A stretch of 64,000 nucleotides of DNA from Azolla caroliniana. Its lineage: Eukaryota; Plantae; Polypodiophyta. The stretch covers positions 2,542,001-2,606,000 of the forward strand of contig JBHGNT010000015.1 in the NCBI GenBank assembly GCA_043228905.1, written 5' to 3'. The notes beneath the pieces were generated by a model. It was not told the DNA's origin. It saw only the letters and a program-made list of their open reading frames with translations, and did no database searches. Below, piece by piece: positions 32,606 through 44,428 of the stretch (position 1 is its first letter; each line of letters begins with the position of its first letter). Both the position numbers and the translations under genes were made by a program.

Positions 32606-35169
32606 GACACCACCACATCCTCGAGGGAATCTTTCCACATTGCTATTGGCCTAAGATGCAACTTGACATACATAGCTATGTGACTAAATGTCATCAGTGT
32701 GAGGTTAACAAAGTCGAACGACTTAATGTCGTTGGACTAAATTTACATCCCTTGGACATTCCCAATAATAAGTGGGAAAGTATATCTATGGATTTTATTG
32801 TTAACCTTCCTCGCACCCAAAAAGGCCATGATGCCATCTGGGTTGTGGTTGATCGACTAACTAAAATAGCCATATTTATTGCTACTAAAACCACAGTAAC
32901 AACTCTTGGATTGGCTTACCAATTTGTTGACGAGTTATTTTGTTTTTATGGGTTACTAATGGATATTGTGAGTGATCGAGGTCCAAAGTTTACTAGCGAT
33001 TTTTGGACGCACGTCTCTAAGAAGTTAGAAATTACATTGAGCATGAGCTCCATGGATCATCATCAATATGATGGATAGAGAAAACGAGTAAATCAAATTA
33101 TTGAGGACATGCTTCGTGCATATGTTGGTACAAAACCAACAAAATGGGAATGTTATCTCCCAAATTTGGAGTTTGCTTATAACAACTCCAAACATACATC
33201 GACGGGATATAGTCCTTTTATGTTGATGTATGGTTTCAGCCACAAGCCCCGATTGATGTTAATATACATCATGATAAGTTGTGACATACGCAAAACTTTC
33301 TTCGAGATATGCAAGATATGTTGCATATTGCATGAGATAATATAAAAACAACTCAAGATAAAGCACGTTTTTATGTCGATCATAATAGGCAACCGCCTGT
33401 AATCAACCCTAGACAGAAGTTATTTTTACGTGTACCTCACAATTCGAAGACATTGTCTACGGGTAAGTGCGCTAAGTTAGCCCCATGGTTATGTGGACCT
33501 TTTACAATCCTCAAATGCATTGGTTCATCAGCCTATCATCTAGCTCTTCCTGATGGCATTGAAATCCATCCAGTTTTTTATGTAAGTCGTCTAAAAGAAC
33601 TTCTTGGTTCTAGCAACAATACGGTGACAACTGAAACTCTGGTTACTTCTGAAGAATTATCTTCTAAACCACATGTACCAGAAAGAATTCTCAATGTTAA
33701 AACAAAAAAATTGCGTTCTAAAATAATCCGAGAATTTAAAATTAAATGGATGGATAAGTCTATAAAAGATGCCACATGGGAACGCGAAAATACTCTTAAT
33801 AGAACTAACTTCCCTAAGTTTCCATTGCAAGAGTGCAATGTTTTAAAGATGGGGAGTATGTTACGGACATGACCATATAATATCCTGTGTTGAGAGGGTT
33901 AAACGAGTCTAGTGTAAAGAAGGGAAGGATTACTTTTAATCTTCGGGATTGAGACAACCAATTAGGCCAAGCGTGAACTTGCTTGGGGTCCTTGGGCCTG
34001 GCTATAAATATGAGGCCTAGCTACCCTCATTTGATCATCGCTTGACTACGTCGAGACTCTGTTCTTGTGGTGGGTCAACTCTTGTAGTGAGCGTGCCAGC
34101 ACCAAGTACGACTCGATGCCACGACGGTGGTTTGGGATGCCGATTGAGGCTCGAGTCTGTCTCGATCCCTTCGCTCGGGGGTGGTCGGGTGGATTGGCAC
34201 CCTTCTTTCTCTCTCTTCTTCATTATTAATCTATTATATCCTTATCATATGCTTACTTTAGATCTAAGCTCTAACATTTTCCTACAAAGTTTCCCCAAGT
34301 CAACAAACAAACGCCATACAACCTCAAAGTCTACTTCCAATTGATATCATGACCATAGAAATAGTTGTCGAATGCGTGCTTAACGTCCAAAAAAGTCACT
34401 CACATTGGCTTCTTAGAATTGCATGGGAAACAAATAAAAAGACCCAAAAGACACATAAAACAAAATTTTATGTTCCAGTTGGATGTAAGACATAGAAAAA
34501 TGTGTTGGAATATGGTATGCAACACATATGATTCATCTCATGGACATGGAAAAAGTGGTTGAATTCATGCTTAAGGGTCAAAAAAGTCCCTCACATTGAC
34601 TTCCTAGAATCGCAAGGGAACCAAGAAAAAGATAAAAAAAGACACATAAAAGCCGAATTTTGTGTTCCAATTGGATGTAAAATATGCAAAAATGGTTCCT
34701 CAGTAAATGGGTCTTATGGGAGAAATGTGGAGGTTTGCGCTTCACACATTATACTACATATGTTGCCCGTAACACAAAATAATATTCTTCGTTGAAGAGG
34801 GAAACTAAGCACGTTGATACATGTTAGAGACCATCTTTTTTCAGCAATCGAACAATTGCTTGTATGTAGCTTAGCTCACATGCACTATGATGTGAGATGG
34901 GGCATTGGGAGACATGTGATGAGAGTAGTCAACTATGTACACTTTGCCCGAAACAAATTCAGAAGTCTAAGTATCACACTTTGATACAATACTTTGCGGC
35001 CTATAATCACATTTGACTATGGTTTCCACACATCTTCAACCAAATCCAATCCTTGCACAAATTTCTCTCATAGTCACAATGTGCACTCTTGATTGCAACA
35101 TTTATTTGTGAAGTTCTTTAACATTGAGAGTTACTACTCATTTCCACGTGTATTACGTGAAAATGTGCT

Positions 35170-35460
35170 ATTTTTTGTCTCAGAGGTCATATTTGACTTT
35201 CAAAGAACTTGAGCATAACTATGGTTGTTGAGTGGTGTGTGAAATAAGGTGAGTCGAATGGGTTTACTTACCAAAGATTTAGAAGTATGAATGTGGTGGT
35301 TACCTAAGAGTTATTTTTGGTCTCATAGGTCATATTTGACTTTCGAAGAAGTTGTGTGTAACTATGGTTGTTGAGTGGTGTGTGAAATAAGGTGAGTTGA
35401 ATGGGTTTACTAACCAAAGATTTAGAAGTATGAATGTGGTGGTTACCCAAGAGTTATGTA
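35170..35460. repeat. Two-copy tandem duplication of ~143 bp
   Basis: GGTCATATTTGACTTTC...GTGGTGGTTACC.AAGAGTTAT occurs twice in tandem. Confidence 0.8.
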
Positions 35461-36498
35461 TGATCTTAAGGAGAAACTAGTTAAAGTGATTTTGTTGTCA
35501 TACTCATGCTTTGTTTGTCATAAAATCATTGTTTGGTTGAAGTGAAAAGGGGAATTGAAGGCAAGGCAAGAGTAAAGTGTCCTCAAAAGGGCTAGAGATG
35601 ATGGAAATAAATTCTTTAGTGGTCAAAGTAAGAGTTATGAGAGATATCTTAGCTACGAGCCACTTTCAAATGATATCCACTACTTCTGAAGGAATATTTC
35701 ATAGTGGTCATTAAGTGTTCATCATGGTTTAGGATGTTTGTCCTCATATTGATAAGGTGTATGTTAATTTTAGATAAACTTACGAAGTCTTCAAGGATTC
35801 GACAACTGTAAGGAGTTAAAGAGGTAAGTGCTCGTATGTGTTGATGCCACTCTTAAGGCTTCTTCCAGATTTTCGTCAAATGCATGAGCTTTTTCTCTCA
35901 GCTTTCTAGAAATAGTCGATTCGGTAGGGTATGTGCTATGATTGTGGAAGTCTTAATCAACAAATTTGTCATCTATCCGAGATTTGAGTGATAATCGAAT
36001 CCGATTTCTTTTCATCTTGTCCCCCTCACCAGTGTTGCCTTTTGACGGCCGTTTTGAACGTTTTTGGCAAATTTAACCGTATATGAAAGTTAATTTTAAA
36101 ATGAAACCGTCAATCTTGACGGGCATATGTTTTATGAAAACGTAAAAATGAAGGCTTAAAATTTCATAATACCGTCAAATTTTACTAAGACCAATACTAT
36201 AGTAGTATAGTCCTAGGTAGTAGGAACAAATTGTTCAAGTTGCATTGGGAGTGTAGGAATTTGAAAGGCTCACATATGTCACTAATAACTATGTGTGTAA
36301 CAAAAAGGTAAAAAAACTAATAGAGTCTAAATTATGAATCTTTACTTCCCTTTTCCCCCCTTTTCCCCCATTTTCCCCCATTTTCCCTGTTTGTTCGTTG
36401 CTCCCTCAGCCCTGCACCTTGCTGGAAGCTTGTTGCTCGTTGCCAGCTACTCATAGATTCAACATCTCCTGCAGCAGTCCTCCTCAACCATCTAAGGT

Positions 36499-36551
<53 letters not shown>

Positions 36552-37271
36552 ATCCATTTTTGCTGCTAGTCTTTCCAGAATGACTGATATCATCTGAATA
36601 GTTGTGATTATTCATTCCTGTCTTATATGGTTGTGATATGTGCATCACTCGTAGACCTGAACACTGCCAAACAAAAATTCCAAGAAGCGATTCAAGTCAC
36701 CATTATATGTAGATGGATCCGGAGGCTTTTATATTTCAATTTATGACTTTGACAACCAGCCTTCTCAGTGGATGGATACTATCTTTCTGCTTGTCTGAAA
36801 TCAAAGTTAAGAAACTGATCTCTCGTCTTGCAGTTAGAAGACAGAATGTGCACGTTGGTCTACAGTTTTCTAATTGCACCCAATCTTCATTTTTTTGGAC
36901 ATACTTGGCCAATTTCTTGTATCTTCCTTTCAATTCTGTTTTCACTTTGTTCAGGTGCTTGTGCTACCTCTACTTCCTTTTGCTCTTCTACAAAAATGGC
37001 TGGAGATTTTGCATTACTCAAATAGTTTTGTGATTGTCATTACTCAAATAGTCACTTAAAAACTAACTGAAACAAGAGGGGGGAACATAACATTTGCACT
37101 GAAAAAGAAACAACAAAATGTACTGACCTCTTCCACAACGGAAGCAAAGTCTTAGATAACAAAAACACAATCTCCATGATTAAATAAACATTAGTACCTC
37201 ATAGGTTTCATTCAACTCTCTGCAGAGGATGACACTCCACCAAATTGCAACCAAAAGTTCTCTACTTGATT

Positions 37272-37989
37272 TCAGCCCTCTGTAGTGGAAGAGACCACGC
37301 CAGATGCAACAGACACATTACTTGAATCCAAACCACCAGTACTAACACCACCTTTCCCCTCACCTTGATTGTATACATGCTGAGCAGTGCCTTGAGAATG
37401 GTCATCATAAGTGTTTCCATAGCTTGTCGAGTTTCCATAGCCTTGTTGAGCTGAGGTAGGGTGAGCATAACCAGATTGTGGTGGAGGAATAGACCCTTGA
37501 ATAACATAGTTTGGTGGGGGTTGTATTGGCCCCTGACTACCATATAATGCACTTGATCCTGGTTGTGAAGCTCCATAGCTAGAAGGTTGTTGGCCATAAC
37601 TACTTGGTTGTCCATAATTAGTTGGCAACGACCCTTGAGTACCATATCCTTGAGTATTATATCCAGATTGAAGTTGTCCATAACCACCTTGAGAAGAACC
37701 ACCAGATCCTGTTGAATCCTCTTGAGGGGGATACCCTGGTTGAAAGGAACCCCCTTGCCCATAGGTTGGAGCAGATTCTTGTTGGTTATAGCTCGTGAGT
37801 TGATGTTGACCATACCCAACTTGTTGACTTGTTTGGCCATATTGATTAAAACCTGGTTGTTTAGCAGCTTCTTGATTAGGCACTGGCTGGAGATTTTGCT
37901 CTTCCGGTTGATTTTTCTTCTCCAGTTTCTGAAGTATGTTGGTTTCCCCTACTTCCTTTTGCTCTTCTATACCCTTTGATTTCTCCAGC
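37272..37989 (-). CDS. Captured exon encoding a G/Q/S/Y/P-rich low-complexity C-terminus (resembles tails of plant KH/FUBP-like RNA-binding proteins)
   Basis: Open frame LEKSKGIEEQKEVGE...YGQTSQQVGYGQ...YGQPSSYGQQPSSYG...STTEG*; AG acceptor-like site at ~37990; parent gene identity is inferred from composition only. Confidence 0.55.
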
Positions 37990-38779
37990 TATAATATAGG
38001 TATATATATACGATGAAATTTCTTCGAGAATTCACAAATAGTTTGTTGTAAATAGGTGAAAAGAAATCTCCAGAAATTCAATCCAAGGAACTGAGACGAT
38101 AGATCAAACCCTAATGGTGAGAGTCTCTATAAATAGAAGACCCAAATTTAGACCAAAACAAGCAAACTAAAGAAGCAAAATTTAGTCAAAAAGAAGATGA
38201 AAGAGAGAAATTACATTTATTCTCTATTTCTCTTTTCCTTTTTTATTTCTTTTATTCTCGACCTTCAAGCTCTGTCCAACTCGCAGTGACGAAAATACAA
38301 ACAGCATAAAAACAAACCAACAAATAAATAAATAAATTCAAGGAAAATATTTCCTCTTGGAATTTGGAAGAATAATATCTGTTATTGGGTTAATATTATT
38401 ACAAAATACCCTTTGGTGTAGTATCACGTAATTACAGCTGATACCCTTCGTATTTTTGTTCTAAATTCTAATACGTGACTCCCCCCCCATTCACACCTTA
38501 ACATCTGAGTTTGAGCCTCGTCCATTGACTTTTTTCCTATTCCCGATGCTCCACTTCAAACCCTTGTTGTTCTGATCCACCCAAATTCTTTTACTAGTCC
38601 ATCAAAACTAGTATTGCTCTCCTCTTTAAGGGCAAAAGTTTGGGAATTATATTCATGTAAAATCTCATTGCCCAACAGGTCATAACTAATATGTATGGGT
38701 TTAATGATGCTAGTGATTGTTTTGAACTGATGGTATGATCTTTTCTTACATGAGCCATTTCTTCTTATTCAGAATAATT

Positions 38780-41020
38780 ATGGCTCCTAAAAGAAAAAAC
38801 CAACGAACCATCAGTGCGATGTTTGCATGGAAACCACCCAACGATACCAATGACATAAATCTAAACAATGATTTAAATGAGGATATGGATATGTTTGGGA
38901 CTGATTTAGAGAGTTTAACTCGAGAGAGTTGTTCCTCTAATATAACTAAAGAAAAGCCTAAGAGAAAATTCCGTGAAGCATGGAGAGATAAATTCCCATG
39001 GATAAGATGCATTGTGCAAGGAGACAAAACATTAATGAAATGTGCATGGTGTGAGAAATACGCTAGTCCTGGGCCTTGGGGTCTTGGTTCTGGATGCATT
39101 ACTTTGCAACTTGATGCAATTTTGACCCATGTCAACTCAAGTGGTCATAAATTATGTGCATCAAAGTGGATATGTGATGTTGAAGGGAAAGCAATGTCCA
39201 TCCCAAAGCATGTATCACAATTAGATGATATTAACAAAAATAAGGTCATAACAACAATGAAACTCATGTACTTTATTGCAAAAAAAGATTTGTCTATCGC
39301 TACATACCAAGAATTATGTGATTTGGCTGTGCTACTAGAGGTGCCTAATATGCCTAAGCAACATGATTATATATCTTATACTAGTAGATATGGGGGATAT
39401 GAATTTTTGGTTGCCTTCGGGAAATATCTTCTAGAAATTCAAAGCTCAAACCTAATAAATTCCCCATACTACTCTTTGATGCTAGATGAAAGTACTGACA
39501 ATGGATTAGAGTTGCATCTCATTATGTATGTTACATATTTGCAATGTGGTGGTTGTGGGCCTAAGCAAACTGAATATATGGGTTTGCTGAAAATTCCCAA
39601 TGGTAAAGGTAGAACTATATATGAACATGTTAAGCATCTATTAGGCGATCGATGCCTCAACATGAACAAGTTGATCGGATTGGCAACTGATGGTGCATCA
39701 TCAATGATTGGTAGTGAAATTGGAACATTAACATTAATGAAAAATGATATCCCAAATTTGGTTGGTGTACATTGTATTGCTCATAGAGAAGCATTGGTTA
39801 TTTCAGATGTATCTAAAGATATCCCTGAGCTCATTCTTGTAGAAAAAATTGCAAATAAGGTATATGCATGGGCTAACAATAGTACCAAAAGGACACATGA
39901 AATTTTAGAGCTCTTGGAACAAATGCAATTGGATGCTCATAGACCATTACAAATTCATAATATTCGTTGGTTGTCACGTGGTCAAGTCATGGAAAGACTA
40001 GTGAGTATAATGCCTGCAATACTTACTATTTGGAAGAAAGAGAACTTAAACGAGTGGTATAATAAAGCTTGTATCTATAGTGTGCAATTTTGCTTTTGTA
40101 TGATGGCTGATGTGTTGCATTTGATGAATATCTTGAGCTTGAAACTTCAAAAAGAGAATTTGGATGTAACTTCAATTGGTGCAGAAATTGATATTACAAT
40201 TTCTAATTTGCGGAGGTCTTTCTTGAGAAATGACACATTTGCGGATGGAACAATGTATTTATCCAAGTTCTTAAGATGTTCTAAAGTTGGGTTTTTGGAA
40301 ATAGAGGATAAAGATGGCGTTACATATAGACATGAACTATACTTCAAACAAATTCCTATGGATAAAGCAAGTCAAAATGATCCAAATCCCAATATTGCAA
40401 AATCTAAGGGAATGAGGCCATTTATAGATGGATCACTTGAAAGTTGTATTAAACTATCTCAAAATTATGTGCAAAATGTTATTGATGGACTAAATGCAAG
40501 ATTCCCTGACTTAAGCCTCTTCAATGCAGCAAAATTATTCAGCCCATGCCATTATGCAGATGATGATGTGATTAGGGATAGTAAAGCAAAGACATGGTTG
40601 GGAATTTTGATTTCTCACTTACAGCCAAATGTTGATGTCAATGCATGTCCTCAAATTTCACATGATGCAAAGGCTTGTGAAATGGAACTCTATAGGTTTG
40701 TTGACACTTTACGTTTAAATTGTGAAGGCTATACTATGCATGAAGCTTGGCGTATGTTTTGCAAAATGAAGGATTGGCAAGATAGTTTCCCTCATTTGAT
40801 GAAATTATGGCAAGCTACTTTGGTTATTCCTTCTAGCACAGTTTCGTGTGAGAGAGGGTTCTCTAAGCAAAATCTCATCAAAGAGATGAAAAGAAATCGA
40901 TTGAATATAGAGCATTTAGATGATTTAATGCGAGTCTCATTGAATGGGCCACGCATTGAAGAAATACAATGGGATCGTGTACATGAAATTTGGAAAGATG
41001 CAAAGGATAGAAGGATATAA
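38780..41020 (+). CDS. hAT transposase (ZNF862/DUF4371-like), uninterrupted
   Basis: MAPKRK start just after a TTCAG acceptor-like site; N-terminal zinc finger CAWC..H...H; LDESTD, TDGASSM, HCIAH, RW and STVSCERGFS catalytic and dimerisation motifs. Confidence 0.93.
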   Translation: MAPKRKNQRTISAMFAWKPPNDTNDINLNNDLNEDMDMFGTDLESLTRESCSSNITKEKPKRKFREAWRDKFPWIRCIVQGDKTLMKCAWCEKYASPGPWGLGSGCITLQLDAILTHVNSSGHKLCASKWICDVEGKAMSIPKHVSQLDDINKNKVITTMKLMYFIAKKDLSIATYQELCDLAVLLEVPNMPKQHDYISYTSRYGGYEFLVAFGKYLLEIQSSNLINSPYYSLMLDESTDNGLELHLIMYVTYLQCGGCGPKQTEYMGLLKIPNGKGRTIYEHVKHLLGDRCLNMNKLIGLATDGASSMIGSEIGTLTLMKNDIPNLVGVHCIAHREALVISDVSKDIPELILVEKIANKVYAWANNSTKRTHEILELLEQMQLDAHRPLQIHNIRWLSRGQVMERLVSIMPAILTIWKKENLNEWYNKACIYSVQFCFCMMADVLHLMNILSLKLQKENLDVTSIGAEIDITISNLRRSFLRNDTFADGTMYLSKFLRCSKVGFLEIEDKDGVTYRHELYFKQIPMDKASQNDPNPNIAKSKGMRPFIDGSLESCIKLSQNYVQNVIDGLNARFPDLSLFNAAKLFSPCHYADDDVIRDSKAKTWLGILISHLQPNVDVNACPQISHDAKACEMELYRFVDTLRLNCEGYTMHEAWRMFCKMKDWQDSFPHLMKLWQATLVIPSSTVSCERGFSKQNLIKEMKRNRLNIEHLDDLMRVSLNGPRIEEIQWDRVHEIWKDAKDRRI

Positions 41021-41242
41021 TATATTGTTTCGTACAAATATTCGATGTATTTACTTTTTGAAGGGCATTTTTTTTGACAAACCGTCAATTTGACGGGCAA
41101 AATTTTTGGAATACCGTTCTCATGACAGGCAATGTTAGCCGTCAAAAGGCAACACTGCCCCTCACATTCATATGCTTTTCCTGTATAATTCATTGGTACA
41201 CACACGAATACTTTTTCGACAAGTTTCCTTACCATTGACCGT

Positions 41243-42307
41243 TGTCGTGAAGTACGAAAGCTTCACATTAAAAGTCTACAATAAGATAAATACGTAACTA
41301 AAATAACATTTGATAATGTTTTATATATAAAGATAATATTAACAACACATATGATAATATTATATATATGTAAAGAAAAATAATATATATATATAGATAA
41401 ATATATTATATTACACGAACAAGAGAGGACTTGAACCAATAACCCCACCCTATGACTCTCAAATCTTACCATTTACTCTATACTAGTAATATACATAAAA
41501 TAAAGCATACTTTATATATACTTTATATTACATAAAGGATTTGCTTCATGATATAAAAATAAAGCTGTATGTTGTATTCAATAGCATTTTGAGACTCAAA
41601 CCCACAACCTCATACACCAAAGTTGACACACCTACCATTAGGCTAGGCCCTTTCTCTTTAAGATTATGTTTTCATGTTTATTGTTATTGCATATATTGTT
41701 TCATACATAAAAGCTCAAATGAGCGAGATGTTTATCATGCATCACATGCATTTCATACACTACATGCATGACTTGTGCCCTCCAATGCATCATATGCATG
41801 GGGGCACCTATTTAAATGGTGAAAGAGAAGATCAAAGGGAGATAGGTATGAGATATCAATCAAATTATGTATTTCATAAGAGATACCATAAAAATAGAGA
41901 AAGAAGGGAAGAAGTTTAACATAAACGTGGAGCTCTAGCTTGGCGGTCGTGGTGGTCAACTCTCAACAAGAGGGAGGCGGTTCGAGCCTTATCTTCATCA
42001 AAATATTGAAGTGAAGATTGTAATGGTCTACAATCAAGAAAGAGAAGAGCGATTACCTTGCAAGACAAAGTTCGGAGGTTCAACGATGTGCACAATCATT
42101 TTGTAACTCTTTTATCAAATAATTATAAATCTTTTTTATTGCTTCAAATATCATTCTATATCCTATCTTGTCATATCTTGTTGATCACTATTTATCTATC
42201 TCTACTCTTTCGTCTCTTCCGTCCATAATCCCAGTGATTCCTTCCTCACTTTCACGATATCTTTTGTCTACGCAACGCTACGCTTCTAGGCGAGCCACGC
42301 CACGACA
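41243..42307 (+). mobile_element. Solo LTR, family E, with 4-bp TSD CCGT
   Basis: Termini TGTCGTG / CACGACA; TSD CCGT at 41239-41242 and 42308-42311; TATA-like CTATTTAAA at ~41808. Confidence 0.8.
41418..41652 (-). promoter_or_regulatory. Two tandem tRNA-like Pol III modules in solo LTR E U3 (41418-41487 and 41583-41652)
   Basis: Minus strand TAGAGTAAATGGTAAG...GGTTCAAGTCC and TAGCCTAATGGTAGG...GAGGTTGTGGGTTTGAGTCTC. Confidence 0.6.
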
Positions 42308-42448
42308 CCGTGTCAAGTTTCATCAATTTTTGTCGGAATTCCTTTCATTCTAGTTTCTCTATTTGCTTGACCGAGTGTTGATTGGTCCTTCGGAGAGAAC
42401 ACAAGGGCATTTTGGGTAATTCTGGAAACCTAGGGGCATTCTCGTATT

Positions 42449-42481
<33 letters not shown>

Positions 42482-42949
42482 TATTATTATTTGATGACCC
42501 TATGTGAGATGAGCAGTTACACAGTAGGAGGAGAAATTAGGGTTTCATCTCCATCTCTGCCTCTTTCTGCTCGAGTTCTTCCACCTCCAAGTCGATCGAT
42601 TCTTATTCAGGGAATTACTCATGGAACAGGTGAGCTCTTGCTTTTCTCCCTTCTTCCATTTTTTCTGTGTGGATTCTATCCTAAACAAAAGAAAAAGAAC
42701 AGGAAGAACGGAATACTGTGTATTGTTGTGTGCTCTTGAAATCAGTAATAAAGAATTATATTTATTCTAATATATAAATGCTAGGTTTTATTTCATGATT
42801 TTGACTTGTAAAAACGCTTGAAATCTTGATGATTATTATTTTTATGCTGGAAAATACCCGAAATATTTCTAACTGGTTGGAAAAAGGGTTGGTAGTTTTT
42901 AATTTGACGAGTGTTCTGCAAGAAAGATAGGAGGATCGCGATGCTTTCA

Positions 42950-44030
42950 CCTTTTATATATCATGACAATGGCTTCTAGCGTTTCTTTATCATGAAATTT
43001 AATTCTAGGAGGATTTCTCTATCATTTATTTGACTTGTAGATTATGGGTTCTAAATCATGAATTTGGATTCTAGGATCATGGAAACACGTCATGATTGGA
43101 CTTCTAGTAACATGAAATATATCATGATGTGACTTTTTATAGAACCATGATGTACTAGGATTTATATATACTGAATTTGATTTACAGGAGCTAGAAAGAC
43201 AGTGTATAAATATCATATTTGACTTATAGGAATATGTAAAACTAGGGCTTATATGTAATGAGTTTGATTTACAAGCCAGAGTTTATGTGTAATGAATTTA
43301 GCTTCTAAGAACATGAAAAGTAAAACTGAAATCGATTTATAGAAGCATGGAAACTAGGATGAATATATCAGAACTTGTAGGAGCATCAAAGCTAGGCTTT
43401 TATGTCGTGAAATAGGACTCTAGGATAGGGTTTCTATATCATGAACGTGGTCTCTAGGAATCGAGGCAAGGATTTCTATGTACCGACTCTGACTTTTATG
43501 ACTTTGAAGTCCAGGGTTTATATATCACGAATTTGACTTGTATGAGCAAAGCCTATTGACTTTAAGATTAGAGCTTTAGTGTCATGAATTTGACTTCTAG
43601 GATTTCTAACGAATAGAATTTAATTTATGGGAGCATAAAAGTTAAATTTTATATATTATGCACCAACCTAGGATTTCTATGATGGTTTTGATGTCCAGGT
43701 TAAGGTTTCTGTATCATTAACCAGTTTCCATGTGCATGAGGGCAATGATTTCCTTGCGATATGTTTGGCTTCTAGATCTTGAAAGCTAGGAAATTATATA
43801 TCATGATGGACTTCTAGCCTCTAGGTGCATAAGGCTGGGACTACTTGATGATGAATTTGATCCATAGAATACTAAGGATTATATATTGTGAATTTGATTT
43901 TTAGATTCATAGTGCTAGGTCCTATATCATGAATTTGACTTGTATAATAGGGTTTCTATGTCTAGAACCTGATTTCTAGGAGTACTAAGGCTGGGGTTTC
44001 TTTATCATGAATTTTGCTTCTGGTAACATC
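42950..44030. repeat. Degenerate ~38-40-bp tandem repeat in the probable first intron of the trihelix gene
   Basis: Recurring TATATCATGAATTTGACTTCTAGGA.CAT..AAACTAGGG-like unit. Confidence 0.7.
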
Positions 44031-44428
44031 CACATTCTATATGTTACGATCTCTAGAAAATGTCACCAATTATATGCATTTCTGTATCTGAAATTGCAGG
44101 AGATGCTCTGGTTCCTATAAAATAAGGCTTCTTTCCAATTACAGATGGTAAGAGGCATCTCAGACTCATGCTGGGAAAGCAGTGGTTCTCATAAAAAGGA
44201 GCATCAACCTTCTATTGGTTATGCCCTAAAAGGGAAATTTGGTGTAAGAAATGCACGTGGGGCATTTAAACTATTATTTGCATCTGAGAGATTAGATGTG
44301 ATATAAGGTAATGCTAAAATATTAGATTGAATGAGCGATTAAGATAAATATAAACTATAATTATTGTTAGTATATAATTAATCAAAACTTAGCTTTTAAT
44401 ATACCATAGAAAGCTCGACTCTTCCTCA

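Larger units (their letters stand above)
29301..34276 (+). mobile_element. Decayed Ty3/gypsy chromovirus of a different lineage (pol plus 3' LTR 33859-34276), target of element B
   Basis: [46 protein letters not shown], and chromodomain PERIL...IKW...DATWE; PPT AAAGATGGGGAGTA; LTR TGTTAC...CTAACA. Confidence 0.88.
36030..41157 (+). mobile_element. Intact autonomous hAT DNA transposon carrying captured gene fragments
   Basis: Perfect 20-bp TIRs CAGTGTTGCCTTTTGACGGC (36030-36049, 41138-41157); 8-bp TSD CCCCTCAC; subterminal CCGTCAA/TTGACGG motifs. Confidence 0.96.

Noticed and set aside
37262-37840. 192-aa alternative minus-strand ORF
   Set aside because: Shadow frame of the G/Q/Y-rich captured exon with no recognisable features
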